From positions 544,001 through 608,000 of the forward strand of contig BK006938.2 of NCBI GenBank assembly GCA_000146045.2: 64,000 nt of DNA, read 5' to 3'. The DNA is from TPA_inf: Saccharomyces. Taxonomy: Eukaryota. The position numbers and the translations under genes were made by a program. Each line of letters begins with the position of its first letter. The first letter of the stretch is position 1. Below, piece after piece: positions 35,458 through 45,760 of this stretch. The notes beneath the pieces are model-generated. The model was not told the DNA's origin and searched no databases. It saw nothing but the letters and a program-made list of their open reading frames with translations.

Positions 35458-36452
35458 ATGGGTCGTATGCACAGTGCCGTATGTTTATTAACACCATAGC
35501 GAGATATTAATGCAAAAGTTGCATTGAATAGTTCGCTAAATCAGATGACACTCTAATGTGGAATTCAAAAGTGGATTTCTAATATAATTTGTCTCTGTCG
35601 GATCACAATTCTATTACAAGTTCCGGTGTGTACACAGGTATAGTTTATACTGGAGAGTAGTTTCTACTCGCTGTACATTAGCTGGGTGATTCCAATTTCT
35701 TTTACAAATATGTTGCATTAGTTTAACAGGTTATACTATCTGCCGTTTCTCAGTATAATTTACGCCGGAAAATTACTGATGGCTAGCCGCCTTTATGAAT
35801 TAGTTTTCACAAAGCTCATAACATAACACGTTAACCTATCGGAGGAGAACCAAGATTGAAGAATCACCCGGAATAGTTATACTTTAATGGAATTGTATGG
35901 TCTGAACGAGGAAATATGTCATGATACACTTTTCTTCAAGCCATATGAATCTTCATGTTACTAACATTCGATAAATTTTTTGGAATATCCAATTCCACTA
36001 AATATTACTTTAAACAGGGTAAAGGTATTTCTTCTTCTGCTATTCCATACTCTAGAAATGCTCCAGCTTGGTTCAAGTTGTCCTCTGAATCTGTCATTGA
36101 ACAAATTGTCAAGTACGCGAGAAAGGGTTTGACTCCATCTCAAATTGGTGTCTTGTTGAGAGATGCTCACGGTGTTACCCAAGCTCGTGTTATCACTGGT
36201 AACAAGATCATGAGAATCTTGAAGTCCAATGGTTTGGCTCCAGAAATCCCAGAAGATTTGTACTACTTGATTAAGAAGGCTGTCTCTGTTAGAAAGCACT
36301 TGGAAAGAAACAGAAAGGACAAAGACGCTAAGTTCAGATTGATTTTGATCGAATCTAGAATTCACAGATTGGCCAGATACTACAGAACTGTTGCTGTCTT
36401 ACCACCAAACTGGAAGTACGAATCCGCCACTGCCTCCGCTTTGGTCAACTAG
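35458..36452 (+). CDS. RPS13: Ribosomal protein S13 (uS15; YDR064W), 151 aa. Two exons: 35458-35478 and 36018-36452.
   Basis: Exon 1 ATGGGTCGTATGCACAGTGCC (MGRMHSA) ends at GTATGT. Branch point TACTAAC at 35959-35965. Acceptor AACAG|GGTAAAGGT yields ...[20 protein letters not shown].... The 165-aa ORF in the track is intron read-through. Confidence 0.93.
35479..36017 (+). other. RPS13 intron (539 nt)
   Basis: Canonical GTATGT donor, TACTAAC branch 52 nt upstream of the AG acceptor. Unusually long for yeast but typical of ribosomal-protein gene introns. Confidence 0.9.
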
Positions 36453-36686
36453 AGTGTTTAAATCATTTATTTCATTATTTTATATGTATATTTTGTATAA
36501 CTAAAATTGATTTTTTAAACATCTCTTTATAAACGATAAGTTGCATTTTATTTTATTTCACTATTGCTAATTTTTGTGTCCGTTTCTAACTTCAAAGCTG
36601 CTCCCAGCCTTTCCTAAGGTTTTCAGTTACCAAGTCTGCCTGAGAAAGCAACAGATTAACACTTTTGTAATGAACAAGTAGAAAAT

Positions 36687-37784
36687 ATGGCTCAAAATTT
36701 TGGAAAGATTCCTTCTCACAAGTCTTACGTATTGAGCTTATATCGGACCGTTCTCAGAAACATTCCAAAGTGTTGCCACTCATATGCGTTTCAATATGAA
36801 ATAAAAAAAACACTTTCAATACAATTGTTCAAACACAAGCATGACAAGTCAAGTTGGAGTGTTTATACTTTACTCAATGAATTCAGTTTGTTGAACAATT
36901 GCCTTTTGGAAGGTAAATTACAAGAAATCAAAAACTTAATGAAGCCATTAAAAAAGATGAAAAAACAACTGAAAACAACGAAAATCCTCAACTCTTTGAC
37001 TTCATTAGGGGATGTAAAGACCAACGACCCAGAAGAAGTAAGAAGATTTCATGTTCTAAGTGCTTACATTAAGCGAAAACAAGATTTGGGCCTTTTACCT
37101 GCATACATACCAAAAACGTATCAGCACAAACTCCTATTACCATTAGCATTGAACGAACATGCGTGCCTGAAACTATTTCATATTCAGCAAAAATTGAAAA
37201 ATGGCCCACCTTCTGCTGGGCTGTCATATACAAAAGAAGGAAGGAATCAAATATGGTTTGTTCGGTCACCAATTAACAAGGGCAGACAACAATCGAAAAA
37301 GCTGGGAATATTGATACGAAAAGAAAGGAAGGATTCTCAGAAAAATATCGATAATCTCAATTTTTGCGAAATTAATGCTGCTTGGGCATTACATGAGGCC
37401 ATTTGGGAGGAATATCTAGAGTCGAAAAAGATTATTAAAGTAAACTTACCGAAATACTTGGAATACGCTGCAAATATCCCAAAGTCTACTAAATGTAATC
37501 CTTCGAGTCAATATCAGAAAGTTAAAGAATGGGTAGATCCCGTGAGAGAAATAATGTTCGAATTACATTCCAAAAGTTTTCAAAGAGTGGAGTACTTTAA
37601 CAAATATAAGGAAAAGCTTTTAAAGAACGGTGGCCAACTAGCATATTTTGATAAAAAGTCAAAAGAAATGTACGCCAAACGGTTGACACTATTCAGAAAA
37701 ATGAGCAAAGAAACATTACCATATGTGACACTCTTTATAGAAGGGAGGGACTTGCCAAGTGTTTTGGCGAAATACGGTTTTTAA
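36687..37784 (+). CDS. RRG1: Mitochondrial protein required for respiratory growth (YDR065W), 365 aa
   Basis: Recognised as Rrg1. Full-length ORF. Confidence 0.88.
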   Translation: MAQNFGKIPSHKSYVLSLYRTVLRNIPKCCHSYAFQYEIKKTLSIQLFKHKHDKSSWSVYTLLNEFSLLNNCLLEGKLQEIKNLMKPLKKMKKQLKTTKILNSLTSLGDVKTNDPEEVRRFHVLSAYIKRKQDLGLLPAYIPKTYQHKLLLPLALNEHACLKLFHIQQKLKNGPPSAGLSYTKEGRNQIWFVRSPINKGRQQSKKLGILIRKERKDSQKNIDNLNFCEINAAWALHEAIWEEYLESKKIIKVNLPKYLEYAANIPKSTKCNPSSQYQKVKEWVDPVREIMFELHSKSFQRVEYFNKYKEKLLKNGGQLAYFDKKSKEMYAKRLTLFRKMSKETLPYVTLFIEGRDLPSVLAKYGF

Positions 37785-37907
37785 GTGCAAAAGTTGCGTG
37801 AATCAGAAAGTTTAATAGAAAATTTACTGGTTACTTCCATTTCTATGTAAATAGTCACTCGTATGACCGCGATAAGGATCCTGATGAAGACGATTTAATT
37901 ATACTTC

Positions 37908-38498
37908 CTATTCTATACAGGTTTCCTCATCAGTAGTCAACTGTCCAAAGTACACATCCAATGGTAAAGGCTCATTCTTGTAGGTATCATCAAACTCAAG
38001 ATCCTTGAAACTCGTTATCAGCGATTTGACGGTATCTATAGGTACCTCACTTCCAACTAATTCTTCTAAAAGGCTTACCGAGTACATATCATCAAACTCT
38101 AGATTAATGTAACTAGTTAAATGCACGCCTCGCCTTTCATGCAGAGGCGTTTGTGATAACTGTCTCATTAAATACAACGAACATTTACTGTGATAATTAT
38201 TACAATACATTGAGTGGATAAAGAAGCCATCAGATGAATTTTCTGCCGCACTCTTATAGCATAGCGGGTACCCACATATTTTCTTTCCCCTTCTTGCATT
38301 AATAACATCCATATAAGACATCGGTGAAAGTAGCCGTGCTAAGTATTTTAATGTCTGCTCATTTTCGCAAAATGATTCTGTGAGCATTGAAACTATGGCA
38401 GATTCAATCATTCGGGCTTCCACTATAGATAATTGCTCATGTAATTGGTGTGATCCTAAAATTACTTTTTGAATGAACGTAGTGGTTATTATCTGCAT
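37908..38498 (-). CDS. RTR2: Rtr1-paralog, putative CTD phosphatase (YDR066C), 196 aa
   Basis: Rtr1-type zinc-finger region (CGYPLC...). Recognised as Rtr2. Confidence 0.86.
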   Translation of the reverse strand: MQIITTTFIQKVILGSHQLHEQLSIVEARMIESAIVSMLTESFCENEQTLKYLARLLSPMSYMDVINARRGKKICGYPLCYKSAAENSSDGFFIHSMYCNNYHSKCSLYLMRQLSQTPLHERRGVHLTSYINLEFDDMYSVSLLEELVGSEVPIDTVKSLITSFKDLEFDDTYKNEPLPLDVYFGQLTTDEETCIE

Positions 38499-38790
38499 TA
38501 TGGCTTGCGTTGCTCCTGTCCTTCTAGTATAAAAATAAACCTATCACTTTTCTTAAATATGCTGCAATTTTTCCAGAATGCCTCCTTGCTGTTGATAAAT
38601 GGCTTCCAATCTTCGCCAATACTAGAATGTGACCGGCTCGTCTCTTTTGTAAAGTCGATGTAATTTTCGTTGGACTTTTCAATGGCATTTGATATTGAAA
38701 AAAATGATTATCAATGCTGGAGGGCCCGGCTAAGACTTAACCCTGAAGCTTCTGTCTTTACAAAATATTATATGAATTTATCCCTGAATT

Positions 38791-39465
38791 TTACATACTA
38801 TGAAATTTTAGTTTTGGCAAAGAATTTGACACGCTACTTACTCTTGCAACTTTTTCAGACGCATTAGCATCATCAACACGCAACTCATCTTTTGATTCTG
38901 TGGCTGTCCTTGCAATATATCGCACGGTAATCCAGGGAACTTTATCCTTTATATCCAGATCGTCAACTTCGATTTCAGAGTTAAAGTTTTCAATGAAATT
39001 TCTTTCATGAATATTGATGCTGGAATTATACACCAAAAACTCATTTAGTATGGATACCGTACTCCAATATGAAAACTTTCTCATACATGCTACTACGAGA
39101 GATATTATCAATTCACCATTCGTACAGTGCATATAACAGGGGTAATGCCCTTTATCAATCAGAAATTTAACGCATCGTACTACAACATCGTATTCAATAG
39201 GAACTGTTTTCTTTTTCCTTTTAATCTTGGGTTTGGTCTTGTCTGCCTTTCTTTCACTTTGACATTTTATATGAATTGTCTTAATGTTATTTTCTTCACA
39301 AAACTTTACCATTAGAGGATCAGTGCTCAAAGGTTCTGGTGTCAAAGATAATATGTATTTCAATCTAAGGGTTCTCAGGAATGGGAGATTGATTTCTCGT
39401 GGGTAAGATCCTCTATATAAATTTGGCTGTACAGTCGAAAATTGTAACGGAGTCACTAGTGTCAT
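38791..39465 (-). CDS. OCA6: Oca-family tyrosine-phosphatase-like protein (YDR067C), 224 aa
   Basis: Oca/Siw14-family fold (…YMHCTNGELIISLV…). Recognised as Oca6. Confidence 0.86.
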   Translation of the reverse strand: MTLVTPLQFSTVQPNLYRGSYPREINLPFLRTLRLKYILSLTPEPLSTDPLMVKFCEENNIKTIHIKCQSERKADKTKPKIKRKKKTVPIEYDVVVRCVKFLIDKGHYPCYMHCTNGELIISLVVACMRKFSYWSTVSILNEFLVYNSSINIHERNFIENFNSEIEVDDLDIKDKVPWITVRYIARTATESKDELRVDDANASEKVARVSSVSNSLPKLKFHSM

Positions 39466-39712
39466 TTTGATACATATAGCTTATTCTAGATGTGTGAACT
39501 GGGTATTCATAGCAATTGTGAACCCATAGTTTATATTGGTACTCCTTTCCTTCTTAACAGAGTCTCTTTTTTTCTTTCGCATTTTTTTTGGCCTTACATC
39601 AAATAGCGGTGATTAATGATAAAAAGCACTTAGCAGAAGTCATGCAACAAAAAAAGAACACAACATAAGGGTACAGCTAGTGAGCTCCATTGCTTCGACG
39701 TTTTAGGATAAA

Positions 39713-40645
39713 ATGGAATTCTTTTATGAAGAACAAGTAGCTTGTATCGAAGATGATAAAATAAGCAACTCTCATACCAAGGAAACTGGATCAACAGAAA
39801 ACACTGAAAATAACGAACTTCAGAGCCGAGATGACAAAACAAATGAGGCCTTCCAAAAGTTAGAAGAGGAAGTCAATAAACGATATGAAAAGACTACAAG
39901 TGCATTCAAAAAGTTAGTAATCGAGAAAGATGACGGAATTGAAATTAACTTGCCAATTAGCAATGAAACTACAGAGACTGCACAAAAGTATTTGAAGAAA
40001 CTAGACGAGAATATTCACAGCGTGGAAAGTCTAGCCCAGTCATATTGGAGCAAAATGAAAACTAAGAATTTTTGGTCTGGCTTCAGTAGCTTCGATAATG
40101 CTGCAGAAAATGACTCTAATGACAAGGATGAGAATTCGAAAGAAAATGAAATTGCTGTGGGTGGAAATAGAACAGAAGCCGAACTAAGGACATTATCTAA
40201 AGATAAATCGGTTTATTTAGACAATAAAATGGATTTGCAACTGGACCCGTTTGACGTGGATGAAAAAACTGAGGAGATATGTTCTATTTTACAGGGCGAC
40301 AAAGATATCTCCAAATTAATGAACGACATCGTACCCCATAAAATCAGCTATAAAGATTTCTGGCACATCTATTTCTTACAAAGAAACAAAATTCTAGATA
40401 AAGAAAGTAAAAGGAAAGAAATATTGTCCAAAAAGGAAAAGGAAACGGAGGAAAAAGAAGTTGAGTGGGATGACGAAGAAGAAGAAGAAGATGATGACAA
40501 AGTAGAAGCAGTAGCTGACAACAAATCTAAAGGGGAGACGAAAGTTGCTGTGTCTCAAGAGGGATTGAAAGATGTTAGTGACCATGTTGGCCTCGCCAAC
40601 AAGGATGAGAGCAAGGACGACGACGACGATGATGACTGGGAATGA
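39713..40645 (+). CDS. DOS2: BSD-domain protein (YDR068W), 310 aa
   Basis: Recognised as Dos2. Acidic D/E-rich C-terminal tail. Confidence 0.88.
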   Translation: MEFFYEEQVACIEDDKISNSHTKETGSTENTENNELQSRDDKTNEAFQKLEEEVNKRYEKTTSAFKKLVIEKDDGIEINLPISNETTETAQKYLKKLDENIHSVESLAQSYWSKMKTKNFWSGFSSFDNAAENDSNDKDENSKENEIAVGGNRTEAELRTLSKDKSVYLDNKMDLQLDPFDVDEKTEEICSILQGDKDISKLMNDIVPHKISYKDFWHIYFLQRNKILDKESKRKEILSKKEKETEEKEVEWDDEEEEEDDDKVEAVADNKSKGETKVAVSQEGLKDVSDHVGLANKDESKDDDDDDDWE

Positions 40646-40938
40646 GTGATTTTTTTCATATAAAAGATATATGTAATGCTATAAATATTTACATACTTTT
40701 CATGACGTATTATGGTAGAAAGGAAAATCATCAATCCAAGAGATGCACAGGAGGAAGACAAAATCTGGGCGTGATCTCATCTTTACACCTTCTAAAAAAA
40801 AGTTCGTTTGTTACCGTTAAAATAAATCATTTGTATTTAGGGTTTTTTACTTTGACCTTAGATGGAAATAATGATATGCCATGTTGAACGGGAAAAAAAG
40901 TGTATAGACAACGGTTTTCAGTTATTTATTCAAATGAA

Positions 40939-43719
40939 TCAAACACCGTAGACGCGGTGATAAAACAAAACGTATGCATTAGAGTTAATTGCATCGGCTT
41001 TGTTTTTGACAGGTTTATATTTGGTATCATCAAAATATAGCCATCCCTTCTTTAATCCCTTTTTCACATAGGCTGTATAATGACCACCATACAAAGTACC
41101 AAAGTGGCATGCTACACCATATAATTCATACTTAAAAGGTGGTATTTGTCCCCTTATTGGTAGTTCATCGTCATTAACACCTGGAGGAAAAACCCCGTCA
41201 AAATCATTGGCCCAAAATGGAGTCAAGTCCAACAAAAAAGGGTATATGACGAAGTCATTATTTTTGTTTAATAAATTATCAAATCTCTTTAAATGGACTA
41301 TCAGATTCCTCGGTAATCTCGTTATTGTCAATTGTTTCGTGGAGGGCTGCCTTTTTTCACAATGTGGGCACAACCATTGCTCATCCACTTCCAAGTTCTC
41401 ACATTTGGTGAACTCTCTGAAACAATCTTCAATGGTAATATTATTTCGGGAATTTTTTTTAGGAATAGGGATTGACAGCACCGTAAAAGGTTGGTATGTT
41501 GTCGAGGTATGACTACAGACTTTACATTTTAGTCGTGAGGCGTATTGTCCCTGAAATAAGTCGACAATAACACTGAAATCAGTAGTCAAGAATCGTTCCC
41601 ACTCAATTGACGAGGCAATTCGCAAAGACAGTTTTTCTCTTCTCGCCTCAGCTTCTTGAGAAAGCTCCTTCAAAGGTGGGTTTGAACCGCATTGGTTCAA
41701 GTCTTCATGAAGACCATCTAGAAGGAATTGGCAAAACTCTTGGCAGTCCTGTTGGGATGCAGTCTTAAATAATGAGTTAACAGATCCACATGCCAATTTA
41801 AATTTTATCGGTGATATGGAAATTTTCTTTGAACCATCAACCTGTTCCTTATACATCATATGAACCAACCTTGCAAAATATTTTGCCAGAATACCTTTCG
41901 ATCCCAACTTACTATTAATATTGATGTGTTTAGCATATGAATCGTCCAAAAAGATTTGGGTTAATTCGTGTGTACCTAAGATACACTGAATGATACAGTT
42001 CATGTAACACGAATTTCCTAGATTTTCCAAACCAACCGCGAAATCAAGGTCATAATTATGAGAAGAAGTTGGTGTAACATCTGTATGATCTAAAGAGTCA
42101 TTATTAGACAAGGATAGACACGAAGGTTGAATGGTAGAGGTGGCAGAACTGTGTCCATTGGAGTTCATATTAAGGTTCATACTAATTGTTTGCGGGAAGC
42201 GTTGTAACTTCGGTGTGGCAGTTCTTGATGGAGAAGTGATGGCCTTCGTGTTGATAGGAGCTATGTGAGCAAAAGAGTTGTGATTCAACTGTTCTCTTTG
42301 ATTTGTCATAAAATCTGTCTCACTGTTTTTCCAAAGATGTGGCGTTTCCGGATAATTGATTGGCAATGAATTGCCCTTAACTGGGTCAGGCGAATGTAGA
42401 GGTAAAGGCGATGGTGAACTAGATATGGACAACGAAGATATAGAATATAAGTTTGAATTTGAATTCTTCGGATTAGGAGACGTATAATTTGAGAATAATT
42501 TTTTGAAACTTGAAGATCTTTTTAGCACATGATCATTGTCTGATTGCTGTTGTTGCTGTTGTTGAAGATGATTTAATGGAGTAGGCGCAACTAGCATTTC
42601 TTTCATAGAGTCGTCCATTGAATGTCTTATACTGGGAGACATCTTAGGTAAATGTTGTAAACTTAGGCCAGAAGTGTTACCATTAATATAAACACTATCA
42701 TCTTTAATATTGTTATTTGATGGAAAAGATGATGATACTTGCCTCCCATAATTTGACTTAAGCCAACCTGGAAAACCAGATTCCAGAATGAAAATTTTGG
42801 TAAAGTCATCGGATATTGGTTTTTCAAAGGAATGATTCACCAGAATGTCCAACAGGACAGACTGCTGTTTAACATTGTATTCGTTTGCGTCTGTATAGAG
42901 AATGATAAACTTGAAAAGATTTCTACTTTGAAACATTTTAATCTCACTATTAGGAGAAGTAATTAATGATTTTTTCTCCAAATCATGATCTGAATATGAC
43001 ATTTTAAAAGAAATAGGCTCCAGGCATATAATATTTTTTGTATCAATATGTGACTTGTTGAATTCCAACCTTGATCGTATATCTATCAGTAGTATCTCCA
43101 TTTGGGAGGAAGCAGAATTTGCTGATGAACTTATTAGGGAGTTTAATTGATTGGAAGTGATATAGGAACCCGTTCTCATCAGGTTACATTCTTCTTGCTC
43201 ATGGTTCAATTTTGTTTGTTTTATGGAAGACTTAATGAAACTTTTTATTTTTGCAATGTTTTCATCTTTTAATAAGGTTTCCAGCAAAGTGTTGTAAATG
43301 TTCATGAGTTGAAATTCATTATTGTTGTTATTACCGTTGCCCTCATCACTCGTGCTCTTATGTAATTTAATCTTGGCGAATTCACTTAAATGAGGAATAT
43401 TGGTTGTTACAATAATGTGAATTACCTTGTAGTAAACATAATTTAATTGAATAATCATTACGGAATTTGAACTAATCATTGCACCCTTATTTTTGCACGA
43501 TATAATATTTTTGATATCTTTCGAGTTCTTCTTGTAAATAGATAAAATATCGATGCATTTATCTAGAAGACTGCTCAAATCTTGATCTTTTGCCTTACCA
43601 GTTATGATGAATTCGTTAATTTTAGCCTCTGCAATAGCGGTTAGTTGTGCTATCGTAAGGTACTTCGACCGGTGACGAATACACTCATCCCTTATGGTAC
43701 TAATAATATTCTGCTCCAT
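40939..43719 (-). CDS. DOA4: Ubiquitin C-terminal hydrolase (deubiquitinase) (YDR069C), 926 aa
   Basis: USP Cys box GLENLGNSCYMNCIIQC and His box (…YGGHYTAY…), with an N-terminal rhodanese-like region. Recognised as Doa4. Confidence 0.96.
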   Translation of the reverse strand: MEQNIISTIRDECIRHRSKYLTIAQLTAIAEAKINEFIITGKAKDQDLSSLLDKCIDILSIYKKNSKDIKNIISCKNKGAMISSNSVMIIQLNYVYYKVIHIIVTTNIPHLSEFAKIKLHKSTSDEGNGNNNNNEFQLMNIYNTLLETLLKDENIAKIKSFIKSSIKQTKLNHEQEECNLMRTGSYITSNQLNSLISSSANSASSQMEILLIDIRSRLEFNKSHIDTKNIICLEPISFKMSYSDHDLEKKSLITSPNSEIKMFQSRNLFKFIILYTDANEYNVKQQSVLLDILVNHSFEKPISDDFTKIFILESGFPGWLKSNYGRQVSSSFPSNNNIKDDSVYINGNTSGLSLQHLPKMSPSIRHSMDDSMKEMLVAPTPLNHLQQQQQQQSDNDHVLKRSSSFKKLFSNYTSPNPKNSNSNLYSISSLSISSSPSPLPLHSPDPVKGNSLPINYPETPHLWKNSETDFMTNQREQLNHNSFAHIAPINTKAITSPSRTATPKLQRFPQTISMNLNMNSNGHSSATSTIQPSCLSLSNNDSLDHTDVTPTSSHNYDLDFAVGLENLGNSCYMNCIIQCILGTHELTQIFLDDSYAKHININSKLGSKGILAKYFARLVHMMYKEQVDGSKKISISPIKFKLACGSVNSLFKTASQQDCQEFCQFLLDGLHEDLNQCGSNPPLKELSQEAEARREKLSLRIASSIEWERFLTTDFSVIVDLFQGQYASRLKCKVCSHTSTTYQPFTVLSIPIPKKNSRNNITIEDCFREFTKCENLEVDEQWLCPHCEKRQPSTKQLTITRLPRNLIVHLKRFDNLLNKNNDFVIYPFLLDLTPFWANDFDGVFPPGVNDDELPIRGQIPPFKYELYGVACHFGTLYGGHYTAYVKKGLKKGWLYFDDTKYKPVKNKADAINSNAYVLFYHRVYGV

Positions 43720-43840
43720 AACTTAAGCATGTATCAAATAGTAAAAAAAACTTTGGAAGCGTGCACACTCAGTCTTAAATCTGCCCTATACTACCGAAGA
43801 TAAATACATGAACTACACGTATCATATAACATCATATCCT

Positions 43841-43863
43841 TTTTTTTTTTTTTTTTTTTTTTT
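43841..43863. repeat. Poly(dA:dT) tract, T23 on the plus strand, about 120 bp upstream of DOA4
   Basis: Homopolymer seen directly in the sequence. Confidence 0.9.
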
Positions 43864-44097
43864 CTAGGCTTTTACTAATACAAGGGCCTTAGCCATTCGC
43901 TAAACGTAATGAACGATATTGAAGCAAATGAAGTAAAACAATGTGGAAAGCAAATAAATAATGGTTATAGTTTTGCACTTATATAGATATCAATAAATGA
44001 TATGATATGACTAAATACGATAGGACCAGGGGGGAAGGAATATAGATATGTGTATGACAGAAACTACATGCATATACGAGTTTGTACCAAGTGCTTC

Positions 44098-44379
44098 TTA
44101 ATAAACACCGTCATCTGGCCTGTTTTGTTCGATTCTAGCGTCATCTCCCTTTTTTTTCAAATCTTCCATTCCAGGTTGCTTATAATCTGGATTCTTGCCG
44201 TGTTCCAAAGTGTCCAACCTCTTCTTGTTGCTATCAAACAAACCCTGTTCTTTTTTCTCAGCTTCATCTTGATTGTTCTTTAGGTGAGGAAAGGCGGCCC
44301 TAGTGACGATTGAGAAAGACGCCCTTGGCGATTTACGCATCAATTGTCTTGGAGTGCGCAAAAAAGTGGTTCTCAACAT
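44098..44379 (-). CDS. FMP16: Mitochondrial protein of unknown function (YDR070C), 93 aa
   Basis: Basic N-terminal presequence (MLRTTFLRTPRQLMRK...). The start is assumed at the second Met of the 95-aa ORF, from memory of the annotated length. Confidence 0.78.
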   Translation of the reverse strand: MLRTTFLRTPRQLMRKSPRASFSIVTRAAFPHLKNNQDEAEKKEQGLFDSNKKRLDTLEHGKNPDYKQPGMEDLKKKGDDARIEQNRPDDGVY

Positions 44380-44826
44380 TATCAAATATATTCCTGTGTA
44401 TTATATATGTGATACTGCGGTCTGGCTTCAACTGCTGTTGGAGTATTGTAGGAACAAGTATTCAAGGCCAAAAAAAACTAAGAGCCAACTCAAAGGCCAT
44501 ATCTACCTAATCAAATCTTGGGACCTTTATATACTTATGTGCTTTTACGGTTCCCTTAGATTCTGTACAGGAAGAAGGGGTTGATACAGGAACAAACCCT
44601 TTACAGTAAAGGTATCCTTAAAAAAAAAGGAAGGTAGTACGTATATCTCTCCAAGAACTGAAAAGAACCCAATCACCGGAATTAAGCAGTGATATCTCAG
44701 TACGGTCAAGGATGTAGGGTAGCACCAGTAGTAATGATTTTAATTATACTTGGCAATTTTAAAATATACAAAAATTATATGTAGTATTTATAATTAGACA
44801 TTTGTAAAGTGCGTTAAACTAATGAT

Positions 44827-45402
44827 CTAGTTGTCGTATTCTTCCTTAATTAGTTCTCTCTCCATATCGATCCATTTCTGTTCTGCGAAGTTTTTGTCCT
44901 TAGCAACATTGGTGTTCTCAGCAATGATCTTGAAACCAACTCTTTCATAAAATGGTATCAATGGCTCGTGAGCAATAAGGACAATTTTGTTACCAATTTC
45001 CTGATTACTCAATTTCTGAATGTAGTCAGTTAAAAGTAAAGTAGCCAGGTTTTTTTTCTGGTATTCTGGCTTGATTACTACAGAGTGAATACCAATATGA
45101 TTACTCGATTCCACTTGTAATTTGCCCATGCTTTCGATAGTAATGTATTCATGAGGTATCTTAGTACCCATAATATGACCAATTAGTGTCTCCTTTTTAA
45201 CTTCTTTGCCCTCGATCTCTCTGATGAAAAGACCTGAACATAGCTCTGGACAATTGATCAAACGAAAGCTGATAATTTCTTCTGAAGCTCTTTCGTTTGG
45301 TGGGAAACCTTGGCTTTCCAAGTTCAAAATCTGCTTTAAATCTTCAATGATTAAGGGTCTAATATACATATGAAGCGGTAGCGTGCTACTTGAGGAGGCC
45401 AT
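44827..45402 (-). CDS. PAA1: Polyamine N-acetyltransferase, GNAT family (YDR071C), 191 aa
   Basis: GNAT fold motifs. Recognised as Paa1. Confidence 0.88.
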
Positions 45403-45760
45403 TTTAACTTTTTATTTAATCGTAATGTATTGGTGTTATTTTTTCTCCGAGAAAAGTATTCTGATGTCCAATTCTTCTTAATCTAGTTTGTTGTAAATTT
45501 TTCTTACAAACACTTGCTCCCGCTTCTTGTCCAGTGGGATGTTCGTCGTTCTTCCATTGCTTTTCCATTTTTGCCCGTTCAAAACTATTCTTTTTATGAA
45601 TTGACAGAAAACCAAAAGCAAGCCGATTTCAGGTTAACCCTTTATTAAAATAAAAAAAAAAAGCATGCATAACACTAATAATATATTATTAAAAAAAAAG
45701 CCAATCTATATTATTTAAATTATCCGAAATTACTTTTATTACATTATGACATTCTATAGT

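Noticed and set aside
35479-36017. Possible intronic C/D snoRNA in RPS13
   Set aside because: Only imperfect box C (CTGATGG) and a distant CTGA. There is no terminal stem or guide complementarity I could find by eye.
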